Shown piece after piece: positions 14,743 to 27,732 of a DNA stretch of 53,101 nucleotides. The stretch comes from Bigelowiella natans CCMP2755. Lineage: Eukaryota > Protista > Cercozoa. Location: the NCBI GenBank assembly GCA_000320545.1, contig ADNK01000869.1, positions 1-53,101 of the forward strand, written 5' to 3'. Each line of letters opens with the position of its first letter. The first letter of the stretch is position 1. The position numbers and the translations under genes are program-made. A model generated the notes under the pieces. That model ran no database searches and was not told the origin of the DNA. It worked only from the letters and a program-made list of their open reading frames with translations.

Positions 14743-16320
14743 TCATAGAACATCATCTCTGTCGCTTGAGGGGGGCTTCTTCACCTCCTCTACGTCATCA
14801 AACGCGGAATCATCGGAATCATCGTCGTCATCTTCCAATTCGATGTTAATCGATATATCGATGTGATCGTCAAACAAGCTGAATAGAAGACCCCCTATTA
14901 ACACAAGCCATAAAGATGGATACTTTGTTGCCTGCACCCTTCCTCTTCTCTTTGACATGGAAGACGCGGAAGACGAGGAGCTCTCACCGCTGCCAATCTC
15001 GCTATCTTCCATGTTCAAATGTGTCGCCAGAGACGACCGGAACTGCATTGACGGAAACTCACTTCTCATCCTATCCACTCGGCGTTTATAATGTGGGCCC
15101 TCTGATGTAACCAAATTCAGTTTATTGTGTCACATGAAAGGCTGAAAGCAAGTATGTATGAACGTAGCATTAGGAGCAGCTGCGGCGCAGTTGCAGCTTA
15201 TGTTGGCGTCTTATGAAGGGGGACTTTACCGGGGACAACCATTGTCCCACTGAGATAATCCCCAATCGATCGACGAGTGGGTGAGAAGAGCAACAAGGCT
15301 AAATTTGCTCCAGATAAGAAAGGCATTGTCAAAAAGTTGTCTATACTTCGAGTAAACCTATGTACACAGCAACAGCAGCCAACAGCAGCCAGCAGCAGCA
15401 AAAGCATGGTAAATATTATTGGAAGCAACCAGAGAAGTCACTGTTCGATAGAAGATAATTCGTCTGAGTAGAGATATACTGTTTCTGTGTACACAAATGT
15501 AAGGATGCTAATCTGGTTCCCCCCGTTAAATAAGTTTTCCCCCTCTTGTTATGTGGATGAGGCGTTATTCTCGGTGTCTAATTTAAGTTGCGTACGCCAT
15601 TGCTTTTGTCGCCGGTATCTCTGTCGTACGATAGAAGTCTCCGCGCACAGGGCAATGACACCTCTCCACTTGCACGATCTCGAGTCCCTTTTTCACAGAA
15701 AAGCACAGTGCTTCATTTAAATACGACTTAAAAAGTCGAGTATATCGCAATCTTACCCAGATGTATTTTCCGAAGGATCTTGACGTGATGGAATCGCGTA
15801 CGTGGAAGAGCAAAGAGTACACTTGGATAGGACTGTGGATGATAAATGAACATAGTTGTCACTAACGCAACCTGGTAGCCCTGCTACCGCTGCGTGCTGC
15901 GACTAGCAATATAGCATTCACCTCCTACTTGCATATGGCATACTACCTTTGATCAATCTCGAAGCTAAAGACCGCATCAACAAGTGAAACGTCCTGAGCT
16001 ACCTCCATAACGACACCCGGGAGCAAGGCGTAGACTACGAAGTCCGTGAATACTGCCGCCAGACGTCGGAGTTGGTGAGGTGGCCGCTGTAGTTGGTATG
16101 GTGGTGGTGTTGGGGGTGAGAATGTTAGGTAACAGCATGTATTTTCAGCTCAACATCTCGCTGATCTAGTAGTGGTTGCTCGAAGAACATGCAACGAGAT
16201 TTTAGGGATTGAATTGGAGAAGAAAAACACTGACGTCTCGTCCATCATTTCTTCATTGCATTCATTCAAATGCTCGACACATAGTAGCGTCTTTTGTAAC
16301 AGAAAGGCAGAAAGACGCAT
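14743..16320 (-). CDS. RDD-family membrane protein with acidic, Ser-rich C-terminal extension
   Basis: Exons encode LRRLAAVFTDFVV, RSFGKYIW|GLEIV and RRSIGDYLSGTMVV, the R-D-D signature of the RDD family. Start (MRLSAFLLQK at 16320) is tentative. Confidence 0.75.
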
Positions 16321-16428
16321 CAGAGTAACACAACATAGTGACCTGATATCTGACGTCTAACTCTACACCGAACTTATCAAATTGCTCATACCACCTGCCA
16401 AGGAGTACACAAAGTAAAACGAAGAGAA

Positions 16429-17700
16429 ATGGCAGGAGAGTGTGGTGTGCTATTTATTAATAGTCATCATCGCCACTGTTGCGGTGATTAGTTTTGTTAG
16501 ATTGCGTCCTAGCGCCATCACCATAAAACAAATTCCTCCTTTGAAACTTCTCCCGAAAGAGCAGCCAGTTTTGAAGAGTCGTCTAACGCCATTGCCGTTG
16601 CTTCATCTACGCTCATATTGTCCCTCTCCACGTAAAGCTTTAGCATCGCTCTCATCGCGTCGTTTCTATTCCATCCAAATGAAATGTACAATGTTCATAA
16701 AAGGTGAGTGCATGTTGGGCTGCTCAAAACAGTAACATTTGGGGAGCATACTAGCTCCCAGGTTGGACGTTAGATCAGTTTCCACTGTGACTAATTTGTC
16801 TATGATGAAGCATGCTATTTTTATTCCAACTCTTACCTCGAAACGAATCCATCCTTATCTAAATCCACATCGTCAAATGCTTCGTCTGCTCGGTGCTTTA
16901 TGGTTTGGTATGAGCGTCGCGTGTTAATGGAAATATACAAACATTCGCGTAGCTATATGTTTAGTTGACACTTTTATTGCGAACTCATAAGCACGAAGTG
17001 TATCATCTCTAACATAATCTGAAACATTATTATGATACCATTAAGACTCGCTGTGTGGCCCACAATCCTCCCTTTAGTCCTAGCTCAGAGAGTTGATATT
17101 TGGCTGATAATCGGGAGGCTACTGATGATCCTTGTTCGGAAAATTGGCTCATTTGCCTCCTCGAAAACCCTCCAGTGAAGAGGTTGGTCTCCATTGACTT
17201 TAGCCATCTCTAGGAAAAGCAATGTCGAAAGTGATGGTTTGCAACAGCCTTAATTGTGGTCCTTGCACATCTTTATAAAAACCTTCTTTTATTCGTAAAT
17301 GATATGCACATAATATGGTTTTGTCATGAAGGAAAAGGGTGTGGAAAAGGACTTTGCTCCGCCTCCGGACGTTCGAGGGGCCCAGGACTCGTCGCATGGT
17401 GTGTGACGCTGGAACTATTAAGTCGCCTCTTTGACGACCATCAATATTAGTATCGGCTTCTCACGTGATCTAGTTTATATTTGTATATTCTTCCATCAAT
17501 TTATGTCCTGATTCCTGTTGATCATTTTGGATAATTCTTTTCACTGCTCCAACCCATTTTTCCTCTTGAAGATGGATTTTTTTTATTGGATGTTTGCACG
17601 GTATTTTCCAGAACCCCTGCGGAAGCGCACATATGCAATATCTTTCGAGAATCCCTCTGGATAACAGATGTGCGACATGGTACAAGCAGCTATTTCAGAT
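16429..17700 (+). CDS. Unknown multi-exon gene, possibly with a signal/transit-like N-terminus
   Basis: Hydrophobic stretch YLLIVIIATVAVISF followed by an R/S/P-rich segment. Candidate exons DNREATDDPCSENWLICLLENPPVK and KRVWKRTLLRLRTFEGPRTRRM are flanked by AG/GT. Model not resolved. Confidence 0.3.
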
Positions 17701-17857
17701 GGAAAATCGTCATACAGCAGGCTCGTCGTCTTTCCTCAGATCCGAACAAACGTAATGTCTACGTCTACGTCAACGACGTGCCCCCTCCAATTCGTCCTAC
17801 CTTATCCAAATACGATCTCTCTTTACAAATAATGCGTCGTACTACCACCCTAGTCTG

Positions 17858-20343
17858 ATGCTTCTGAGTTTCAGTGCTACTCGTCTTTTCCTGCTGTTTT
17901 TTGCGGCTACTGTCGCGGTCCTGAGCTTCCAGAGGGGGAAGATAAGAGATCAACATAAACCTTCATCGCTATCGGCAACATTTTCCGGCACATCAAGGCC
18001 GCAGCGAATGAAACGCATGGCGATAGGATCTTCTTATCTTTCCACATTGTCCTTGTATCTCCCCTCGTCTTTTGGAAGAGAAAGAAGAACCAGCAGCAGA
18101 CGCATCGCTCCACACTCGCTCCGTGGACGGGATAGTAGTGATCCAGAGGGCGATTTCTCGGAAACCATAGAGTCTCGTATCTATAGAGAATGGAGACGCC
18201 TACCACTTCAGCCGTATCAGCTTAGGGAAACGACGGTGGATGAGGTATTACGACAGATAACTCCCATCCGGCCGATCTCCCTCTGTTCTCTGATGTTTCA
18301 ACGTTACAGAAACTTTTGCCTATGCTGCCACGTCTTCATCACTATATTCACCACAATCATGACCATACAATCACAATAGGTCGTTCCAGGTCAGGTGTTC
18401 TCCCTGGAACAGCAGCTTGGTGTTTTTGACGTAGTCGTGAACATCAGAATGACCGTCCTGGTTGGAGCTTTACTAAGAAAGAAAGAGCATGACATCGTTA
18501 TGTTTTGTGCGTGTATATGATCATAATAGATGTGCTTGTAATATTATTTGTTATTTTTGCTTATTTGACCAGGTTGTGGAGGGAGGACTCGCAGTTGTCA
18601 ATCCGATCGCTCCTACAAAAGAGTGTGTGGTAACCATGACCGAACGACAAAAAACATACAAGATCTTTGAAAGAATGCAATAATCTCGTAGGACATTTTG
18701 CATAAATTAGAGAAGAAATACGGAGGAATAAAGTATATCCTTCTTCCAACAACACAGGTACTATTGAGATCACCACTGCTTTTGTAGCTGATGCTTGTGA
18801 TATCAGTGATGATGTAGCCAAGACGATTGTGCCCATCAAAATATTTGTTCCTAAGGTCGAGCATAAGATCTACCTTGAGCCGCTTTCACGGCAGTTTCCC
18901 TCAGCACAGGTAACGAGGGGGGGGAGGAGGAGGGGATGGGGGTTGCACGGTATTTTCTGCGACATCAATTCAATATAAAACTCTGTTCTCTGTGGAGAAA
19001 TATGCTTGGCTGTGATTATTGCTCCTTCCCGCTTGTTGTTTTTATCGATTTGAATGTTTGTATTACGATTAGGTGTGGGGCGTTGGCCGTCAATGGAGTT
19101 TTCCTCCATTCCCTCTGTCTCTCATAGGCTACTATCCATCAAAGTAACATTAGTAACAACGAGATTTGCCCATAGCTGATGAAAGCAACTTGATTAGAAG
19201 CATGAGAGTAGAATTAAATGAGGTTCATTTCCTCTTCTTCTTCCTGGGAAAACCCTCTTTCTAGATACTACACCCATATGCAAGTTGCTGCTTTCATTAT
19301 TATCCAATATGACAGCAATATGATTTCGTAGAATATCTGGAATTCTAAGAGACACTACTTCCTCAGAAGAAGAATTTCCTTTTCAACAGGACCTTGAGGT
19401 TTGCCGCACAGCTGACTTTCCTTCGTTAAGTATATAACTCGCCTTTGTTATCGTATGCTATTGTTATGTTGTCGAAGGTTAATGACTGAACGTCTCAATG
19501 AATGATGCAGATAAAACTACTCGATATTGCTTTGCCAGGAAGCATTCCAACCCCTTTTCAGGTTGTCGCAGCTTGGCATATGATCTCCTTTCCTGATAAT
19601 TATACACAATATCCTCCTCCGCAAGTCACTCAAGACCTTCACTATTATTCATTTCAGGAAGCTGCCATTTATCACAAACGTTCCAAGTCGCTGATCGTAT
19701 GTGACATAACCCTACAAAATCAACAACGAACAGTCATCAATCACAGCTTGTTGCTGTACTACCACAAATTGCCCTTCTCACCATGGTATGCGACATGTGT
19801 TTATAATGTCCATAAAAAAAGGTTACTGACGCTGTTGTGTCGATCCCAAAAGAACCTCCTCGGATAGTCTCCGTACTACCTACCACTCATCACACACTCT
19901 ACAGCATTCTGTTATCATATTCCCAAATTATAAGAAATAAAGTTATCATCCTCGCTCCTTTTGTTCTCATGACTCCTCACTTTGATCAATAACATAGTCT
20001 AGTCCCTCTTCACTCCTTAAGATCTCGGGTGTTTGGAGCTCTCCATCAGCATCCTCGTCTCCCAAGACGATGTTTCTCAATGAGGTTGAGGCAGCAGATT
20101 CTCCACAGAATACCGCACAGAATCGAAGGGAGGGCTGGGCAAAAACCGTGCTTTTAGCATGTTTCCTAAGGTTCCCATGCATGCCTTACTTTATTGTTTC
20201 TATTATTGACCACGAATCATTACACATACAACACATTACATGCACGATTTAACTCATCATCGTAATACAAACATCTTTATCAGTCCCTCTTCCGTGAGTA
20301 AAGAGCTAAGAGAGTTTCTTGACGAAGGGTAGGTGCCACACGT

Positions 20344-20386
<43 letters not shown>

Positions 20387-20833
20387 AGCAAATGTTATGA
20401 AAAAGGTATAATATATTTTAGTTTAAGATTTGTGACATGCACACCATCTATCCTCATGAGAAAATTAACATCACAGAACGTTATTACCGTCTCCTCTTCC
20501 TCTTCTTGTTTTCTACTACACAATAGATTCGTTTGGTCGAGTGGATGGGAAAAGACATTCCAAGCCCTTATAAGCCCAGTATTATCAGATACAACAATTT
20601 AGCATATTGCACAGGAAGAGCGTGTATACATCGTGCTTCTTTCAGATTTTTCATGCTCATTATCTTTTTCTTCGTCTTCTTTCTCTGCTGGTTGCGATAG
20701 ATCACGTTGTGGGTTGTTACCATTGCTGCTGCTGCTCTTTTCTTTGTCATGGTGGTTTTCCACAGAGCCTGATCGTGTCTCCATTGGTCTCTGAGCTTGT
20801 GTTTCGGCCACAATCGCAACAGGTAAGCTACTG

Positions 20834-20865
<32 letters not shown>

Positions 20866-20894
20866 GCAGATAACATCTAAGAACTACATGATTG

Positions 20895-20937
<43 letters not shown>

Positions 20938-21684
20938 TCTGTCTCTCTCTCTCGCATGCTGCTACTACAACTACCAGGTACGATCGTGGGCTGAGAATGT
21001 TGCAGAGTGGCCATTTCGGAGGGTAAAAGAACAAGAAAGATATTCGAATCAGCTTCTCGCAATAATACTCATGCAGCAGCCTTTGCACTTCTATCATTGT
21101 ACGAATTTTGAGGCCAGCCCTGCATGTTTGCTTGTCGTTGCAGGTGATTCCTGCACATTTCGGCATCGCCCAACGATCAGGACCGAAGGTAATTGCGGAA
21201 TAAATGATGAATTCACGACGATGGTTAGGAGAGGAAGAAGATGAAGAAGAAGAAGAAGAAAAAACGAAGTGGCAACATAAGTATTTCAGTTGTTACGATA
21301 GTAATGCTGAAGTATAAAATAACAACGTTGTGCCAACAATTATTAGCCTTTCACTCTTCTTCATTAACCTCAACCCAGGAGTTTCTCCGAGCGTTTGCAT
21401 TTTTAAACGACGAAAGTGATGCGTCCTACAAGAGTACTGCTGGGAGCACACTATCCATTCCAGGTGGTTTTACTTTTTCTCCAGCCTATGCATGATTAAG
21501 TTATACATATATTTTATACACAATATTTATACATGTGTATTTGCTGCAATGGAAGGCGCTTAGTGGAGAATAAGCCTCATTTTATCGTCCGTTTAATACT
21601 TCTCAACTAGGAACACTTAAGGAGGACTATTCCATATTGCAAATCATCGCCAATGCCGCATTTGGAAAGAAATCAGGGGCGTAG
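17858..21684 (+). CDS. DUF4336-family protein with bipartite plastid-targeting leader
   Basis: Spliced motifs ETTVDE|VVPGQVFSLEQQLG..NIRMTVL, GGLAVVNPIAPTKEC, YGGIKYILLPT, VEHKIYL, EAAIYHKRSKSL, VTDAVVSIP, NRREGWAKTVL, LIVSPLVSELVF, VRSWAENVAEWPFRR|VIPAHF, EFLRAFAFL and KEDYSILQII. N-terminal signal peptide followed by an S/R-rich transit-like region. Confidence 0.88.
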
Positions 21685-21719
21685 CTGGATATAGCGATTC
21701 TATGAACTTTAACGACTAA

Positions 21720-22170
21720 CAATAGCTAGATAGGCTTCTGCAGTCCGCAATAGTGCACCAGCAGGATAGTATGATTGTTGTTGCAGAGCTGGAGTGCCCT
21801 GATGGTCGCATGTCATAATAAAAGAAATTCTAGCATAGCTAGATAGTCACACCGCGCAACTTGCGCTAGCAGATGCACTAGTGACGCACAGCATGCAGCT
21901 ATTCTGTACCACATGCTATATGGCAACGGATGCGCTACGCTATTCTCATAGCAGATCACTTGCAATATCTATTTGCGGCCCATGCATTTCGTAGTAATTA
22001 CATTATTACCATGCTAGGCATCATCACATAATTTACACCATTCTAGTTGCTGTGCAAGAAGCTATTCATCTGAGGGTCTACTAGAGTTAGACGAGTCGTA
22101 ATAGATGCATACGGCAGCGACAGACAATCCCTCCTCTGTCATAGGCTAGTAGGCTTGCCAGCTTACAGTA
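21720..22170. repeat. Junction tract 3 (DUF4336/SBDS)
   Basis: tctagcatagctag, gcgctagcagatgcactagtg and gcatgcagct; same composition as the other tracts. Confidence 0.5.
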
Positions 22171-22207
22171 TTTGCATTATGTGTATTTCTCATCCTCATT
22201 ATCATCA

Positions 22208-22859
22208 TCACTTCCCCTTTGCCCTATTTCTCTCTTTCTTTTTCTCCTTATTGTGCTGTCGGTGATGATCTTTACTTTCTTTCACAATCTTCTTTCCTCT
22301 ACGTATAGATAGACAACAAAAATGACGGCATTAGTACGTGGATATATTCACAGGAACTCACTTTTTGTGTTTTTCCTCAATTTTGTTCTCTCCTTCTTAC
22401 GCACTTCTCAGGTTTTGCCGCCTTTGGCTCATTCTTGCTTCCGACTGTGTCAATTTCAAAATCGCCTGAGGGAGGAAGAATAGCGGAAATAAGTTATCTT
22501 CTAAACGTCGTTGCATCTAACCAATTCTTACCAACAAGCCTAGTTACTTCAGTTCTCTTCTCCCCTTTTCACTCCCACCCCCCTCCCCCTTCTCACTTTT
22601 CCTTTTACCGCTAGTTGGCTTCGATAGCCCCTTCATCAGATCGTCATAATTCGCAGGTGGTATTCCTACCTACATATTACATGGCGACAGACAGCAACAT
22701 GAGACCAAACAAACAGGAAAATATCCCGTACGTCATCGTCTTTGTTGCTGTGTGTGTGTGTGTGAGTGTGTGTGTGTGAGTGAGTGTGCTTTTAATTTAA
22801 GCGCGGTTATATCTGGTAAATGTTCCCTTCCAGTAGAAGTCAACATTATCATCAGCTAT

Positions 22860-22898
<39 letters not shown>

Positions 22899-24467
22899 AA
22901 GCGACAACCTCGACGACAAAAAAGTCCGCTGCATCCTTCGTCGTAGCTTTCACTTGTCCGTATCTGAACGATGGCGGTAGCAACGATATACTTATCATTC
23001 TCATTACTCCCAACATAATCAGGCACACCATCAATTATGTGGTAGGCATTATCGATGATAATTACTTCTTGATGACAGAGAGCGCTGAGCCGTATTTACT
23101 GTTAAAGCGGATAACGTAGTCCGTTTCCATACGATACAGCGATAAAGAAGTCTTTTTTACATCGTGGTTACGACGATTATAGGAAGAAGAAGAAGAAGAA
23201 GAAGAAGAAGAAGAAGAAGAATAGGCTGTAAGAGGATGTCTAACGGGGAGGCACAGAGCTTTCTTCTTTTGGTGTTTCATGATAACGCTACTTGGTGTCA
23301 GAAATGTAACAAACTCCATGTGAACAGTTACGACAACGCACGTTCCTATAGTTATTTTGTCGTGATTTCATCACTGTAAATGTCCTTACAATACCTGAAG
23401 TTTTTCTAAGATATCATCGATCTGCGATCTTGCTGGTTTCTCAGAATCGATCTGATAATTGCGGTGAGGATGATTAATTTGGCCGTATCTTTCCTCTTTC
23501 TCTCCTCCTTCATTCAGAGGTTGCTCATTTATCCGCCCTCCTCCACTTCCTCTTCTCTCCCCGTTACATATAACAACCTTTATCTTTGCATCCTTGAAAG
23601 CAATTTCGACCTAATATATTCGTAAAGATTGGTATTGGCACAACGACCAAACTTTCATCGATAAAATTCGTCTTAATCGTTGTGTTAGTATTACTTACTA
23701 GTGCTATTACCAGTAGTACTTACTAGTGCCATATATTACCTGTTCCCGGGCAACCACTGACTTGGTCAGCGTAGAGCGGTAGTTTCGAATGATTTCAGAC
23801 ACGATTTCCTCTGTTTTCTCCTCAATTTTCTTCTTCCGCTCATGTGCAGTAAGGGAAAAGTCGCCTTTCTCCAGAACTTTTTCGCAGCACTTTAGCTGAT
23901 CATTTGTCCTGAAAACAAATTTAAAATGAATTTCAAGAAAAAAGGGGTGGAACCTATGTGGTCTATGAGGAGAATAGAGGAACAGAGGGACAACCACGGA
24001 AAAGGGGGAAGAGGAGGAGAAGGAGGAGGACGAGGAGGACGAGGAGGAGGACAACCCAAAAGCTGCTTGAAGCTCTGCATCGCTGCACTTGGTGAGCTTG
24101 CGCGCATCATTGAAAACTTGCTCGATCTCCAGAGCCTTAAAAATATTAGTTAGTTAGCATGGTCGCAGTAGTCACATCACAAGCTTTTGAAGATCATATT
24201 TGAGGAGGATGAGCGTTTGAATTCAATAAGTAGTGTTTGCTGCTGTCTCTTTTGCTGCTTCACGTACTTCTTCGGCCGATATCTTTCCTTCTTTAAATTG
24301 AGCGGGAGCACCACTTTTGGCCAGAACCTACGTCCGATACACACACGCACACACAACATTATCATCATCATCATTATCATCATCATCTCCTTGTAACTGC
24401 TTCCACGAATATATATCGACTTTTCCTGCAATTCCGACTATTTCTACTACCGCATATATTACACTGT

Positions 24468-24513
<46 letters not shown>

Positions 24514-25018
24514 GCAACTTCTACCACTGCTACCTCGAAGCTCTTCTTGCCTTGTTTCAGCGTGACTATCTGTGCCTGCCCCCCAGAGCTTGAGGAACTA
24601 CCTTTATTGCCCTTTCCGCCCCCACCCTTCCCTTTACCTCCTCGAAGCCGTAGGCTTCGTATCAACAAAGAAGCATCTATACATTTCGAACTAGCGCCTG
24701 CTTATCATTACATACCAAGGAGTATAAGAAAAGGCCAGGGTCTATCGTACTCAGAAACCAGCAAGTAAGTTACTTTCAGCATTTTTTGCATCTCTTCCTC
24801 TCGGCATGTAGCCTAGAAAATGATTGCCCGGCGATTTCCTGCTTCAAAAGTAAAAGGTAAGCCCTCCGCGCGCAAAAAACATTGTCATAGCAATAATTGC
24901 GATATAACCTGAGCGATCGGTGGGAGATGCCGTGGTCATGACCAAAGAGCACAACGACAACGCAGAGTAAGAATACGCTCACTTCTAACAGGAGGATCTT
25001 CGAAGTTGCTGCCTTCAT
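22208..25018 (-). CDS. SBDS/Sdo1-like ribosome maturation factor with signal peptide, LRLRGG-terminated leader and Lys-rich tail
   Basis: IVTLKQGKKSFE|VLAKSG..FKEGK..|ALEIEQVFNDARK..DAELQAAFG|TNDQLKCCEKVLEKGDFSLTAHERKKKIEEK..|..IPPANYDDLMKGLSKPTSG|DFEI covers the SBDS domains. Phase-consistent upstream exons add MKAATSKILLLEVSVFLLCVVVVLFG...SLRLRGG. Tail KGKKIVKESK..KEKKKERNRAKGK*. Confidence 0.85.
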
Positions 25019-25309
25019 TTGGAGGATGTACTGATCGTTCGTTCTGTTCTCAAGGCTACTTTGTAGAAAGTAGAGCAATCCGTGCCCCCATTACCTGTCG
25101 TAAGGTGAGCTCCTCTACAACTTTTCGACACACATTGTTTACTTAGTCGCAGTGTTTCCGATACAGGATATTTCCCTCCTGCGACAAGGTTTTGTCCTAT
25201 GAAATAGTTGTCTCAGACGTGACGTGCTTCTTCCGGATTGTTCTTGACGCCTCCTCCTCGCCTTCCTTCCTCGTCTTGTTAGAGAAACTATCTGTAACAA
25301 GAAGCTGTA

Positions 25310-27699
25310 ATGAGTTCGAAATCTTCGACTCTTATCTTCGAAGTCAAGTTTCAGGCTCAGAAAGTTCGTGTTGAATTCGATGCTGAGAGGTAGGACCGTT
25401 CTGCGATCCTTCGATCTTTCTCGTTCCGAATTGTGCTGTATGATGACCGGTGCTTAGAGGTTGAACTAATTTCTTCACGTGCTTACGACTAGAACTCTTG
25501 GGGAGCTTACAGATCATATCAAGAAACACTTCGATTTGAAACAATGCAAATTGGTTCGTAACCGTGCATATGAGAAGATATCGGTCGCTAAATACTCATA
25601 TTTCTTTACAGGTTGGAATCCGAATTGGCCCCAAAGTTGTCAAAAAATCTCCTGCTTCCTGCCCGTTGAAGCATTTTAAAGTTCGCAACCCACAACGGTT
25701 GCCCATTGCATCATGTTGTTAAGCTTGCTTGCGAATCGTTCCTTCATCTAATCATTATGCATCCAGGGTGCGCGTGGTCGGTACTTCCATGACCGACGCA
25801 AAAATTGCAAGTCGAAGTGAAAAAATGGTACTGAAGAGGCAGATGAAACTTCAAACGCCAACCTTGGTAAGATAAATAGGTTCATGGCGTACAGTCAACG
25901 TCGCAATTTAGTACTTAAATTCCTCTTTTTTCAACAGAAAAGGGAGAGGTCCTCTGAGGATGGTTACTTCTTCCTTTATGAAACTTGGCAAAACGTTCTA
26001 ATGAAGGTAGTACTACTAACAGAACAATTTATCAGAGAGTATCGTCAAACACACCAATTTGTCAACAAAGCGGCTCCTAATACATTACAGAACTTAGCCG
26101 GTAATTAAGTGTTATTTCGCGCTGAGTGCTATTTTCCTAACATTAGAATCTTCACTTGGAATCTTGCAGAGCTGGGTTTGTCAAACAAATACAATTATTT
26201 TGTATAATTAATATTCTTTTTCCCTTGCCATAGGCCATGGCTCAAGAAACTCGCAAACGGGGAATATGGAACATGCGTAATAATCTTCACTACGATAAAC
26301 AGTAACTCCCATATTATTGTGATGTGCCCATGTTCAACACCAAGTAAACACCCATAATACTGTCAAACTTTCGATAGTGTTCGTTGTTGGTACTATCATC
26401 ATCATGCTAACGGTTGTTGTTTCTTCATTATTCACGTCATAAATTAATCAGTACGGATCAAGATGGGAGACTGTCGATCCCGTCGTTACTCAGCCTTGCG
26501 ATTTGGTTCTCAAATCTGCAATAGCTAGCGGAAACGAGAAGCTTTTAAAGTACAACGAACTAATCACGCATCTGTCGCAAGTTGATTTGATTGCTTACTT
26601 GAATGTGTTGGTATTATAATTATGTACTCCCTATCTTCTCATTCCCTTTCTTCAAAGCTACGTAATAACGAAGCACGAACCAACCCAAGAGGCGCTCAAA
26701 AGAGCTGCAGAGATTGCCTGCAGGTTATTATTGGAGACATACGTAGCTATCATATGCATCCCCTCCTTCTGAACACTTCTTACTCGTTAGCATGGGAATG
26801 GACGGTATGCTGCTTGTTATATGGGGCTACCTCGAGGTACTTACTAAGATGATCTCATCTATACACCGAATGACTTATGATATCTCGGTGCCATCATCGT
26901 TGATCTATCATGATCTACCTTCTTTGTCGTCCACATACATTGATAATCAGGAAGTACCCGAGACGATGGTCACAATGCTCTGTCGTCAATGTGTACACCA
27001 CCTCCATCTTAGCCTGCTTAAGTCAATCCAGGTAGGTTATCCTGTCTTGTAAGCACTCAGAAAAGGATTATTCTAATTCCCCAGTATTCGCCACAGAGAA
27101 ACATTAGTAACGAATTAATGTACTGACTATTTAGATAGGAAAATCACGGATTGAATTCATCTGTATTGAGAACCCATTCGTCTCTTCTCTCCTTTTTCCT
27201 GCTTCTCCTCCTCCTCCTCCACCACCTCCTCCTCCTTATTCTCCTCCTTCACTTTGTCTGTCCTCAATAAAGGGATGGAGCGGCTTTAAGCTGCCAAAGC
27301 TGCTAGGTTACTGGGTGCAAGTTCCTTCCGACAAACGCTTTTGGCCACTAGGGGGGAGAGCTCATCTCCCATCTCCTTTCGAAGAGGAGGGCTGCCAGGT
27401 AACTAGCATATCTGTAAATCAATAATCAAAAGACCATTTAATCATTACATCACTATCATGTAAGGGCCTATCATTCTCCGAGCCACTCTTTCCCAGAATT
27501 TATTGACTGCTTCGATGCAAACTTTGATGGAGGATCTGGAAGTCTGCACTGAAGTCGGAGGGAAGAAGAAGAAGAAGAAGAAGAAGAAGAAGGAAGAAAC
27601 GACCACAAGTAGTATCAGTAGTAGTAGCACCACCACCATTACCAGCAATGACTTCAAGAGGACCATAGCCACAGGTAACAGTTGTAAAAAACCTTTGTC

Positions 27700-27732
<33 letters not shown>

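Noticed and set aside
17586-17860. ORF stop overlapping the DUF4336 start (TGATG), resembling translational coupling
   Set aside because: The upstream ORF has no ATG start or recognisable product, and the context is eukaryotic.
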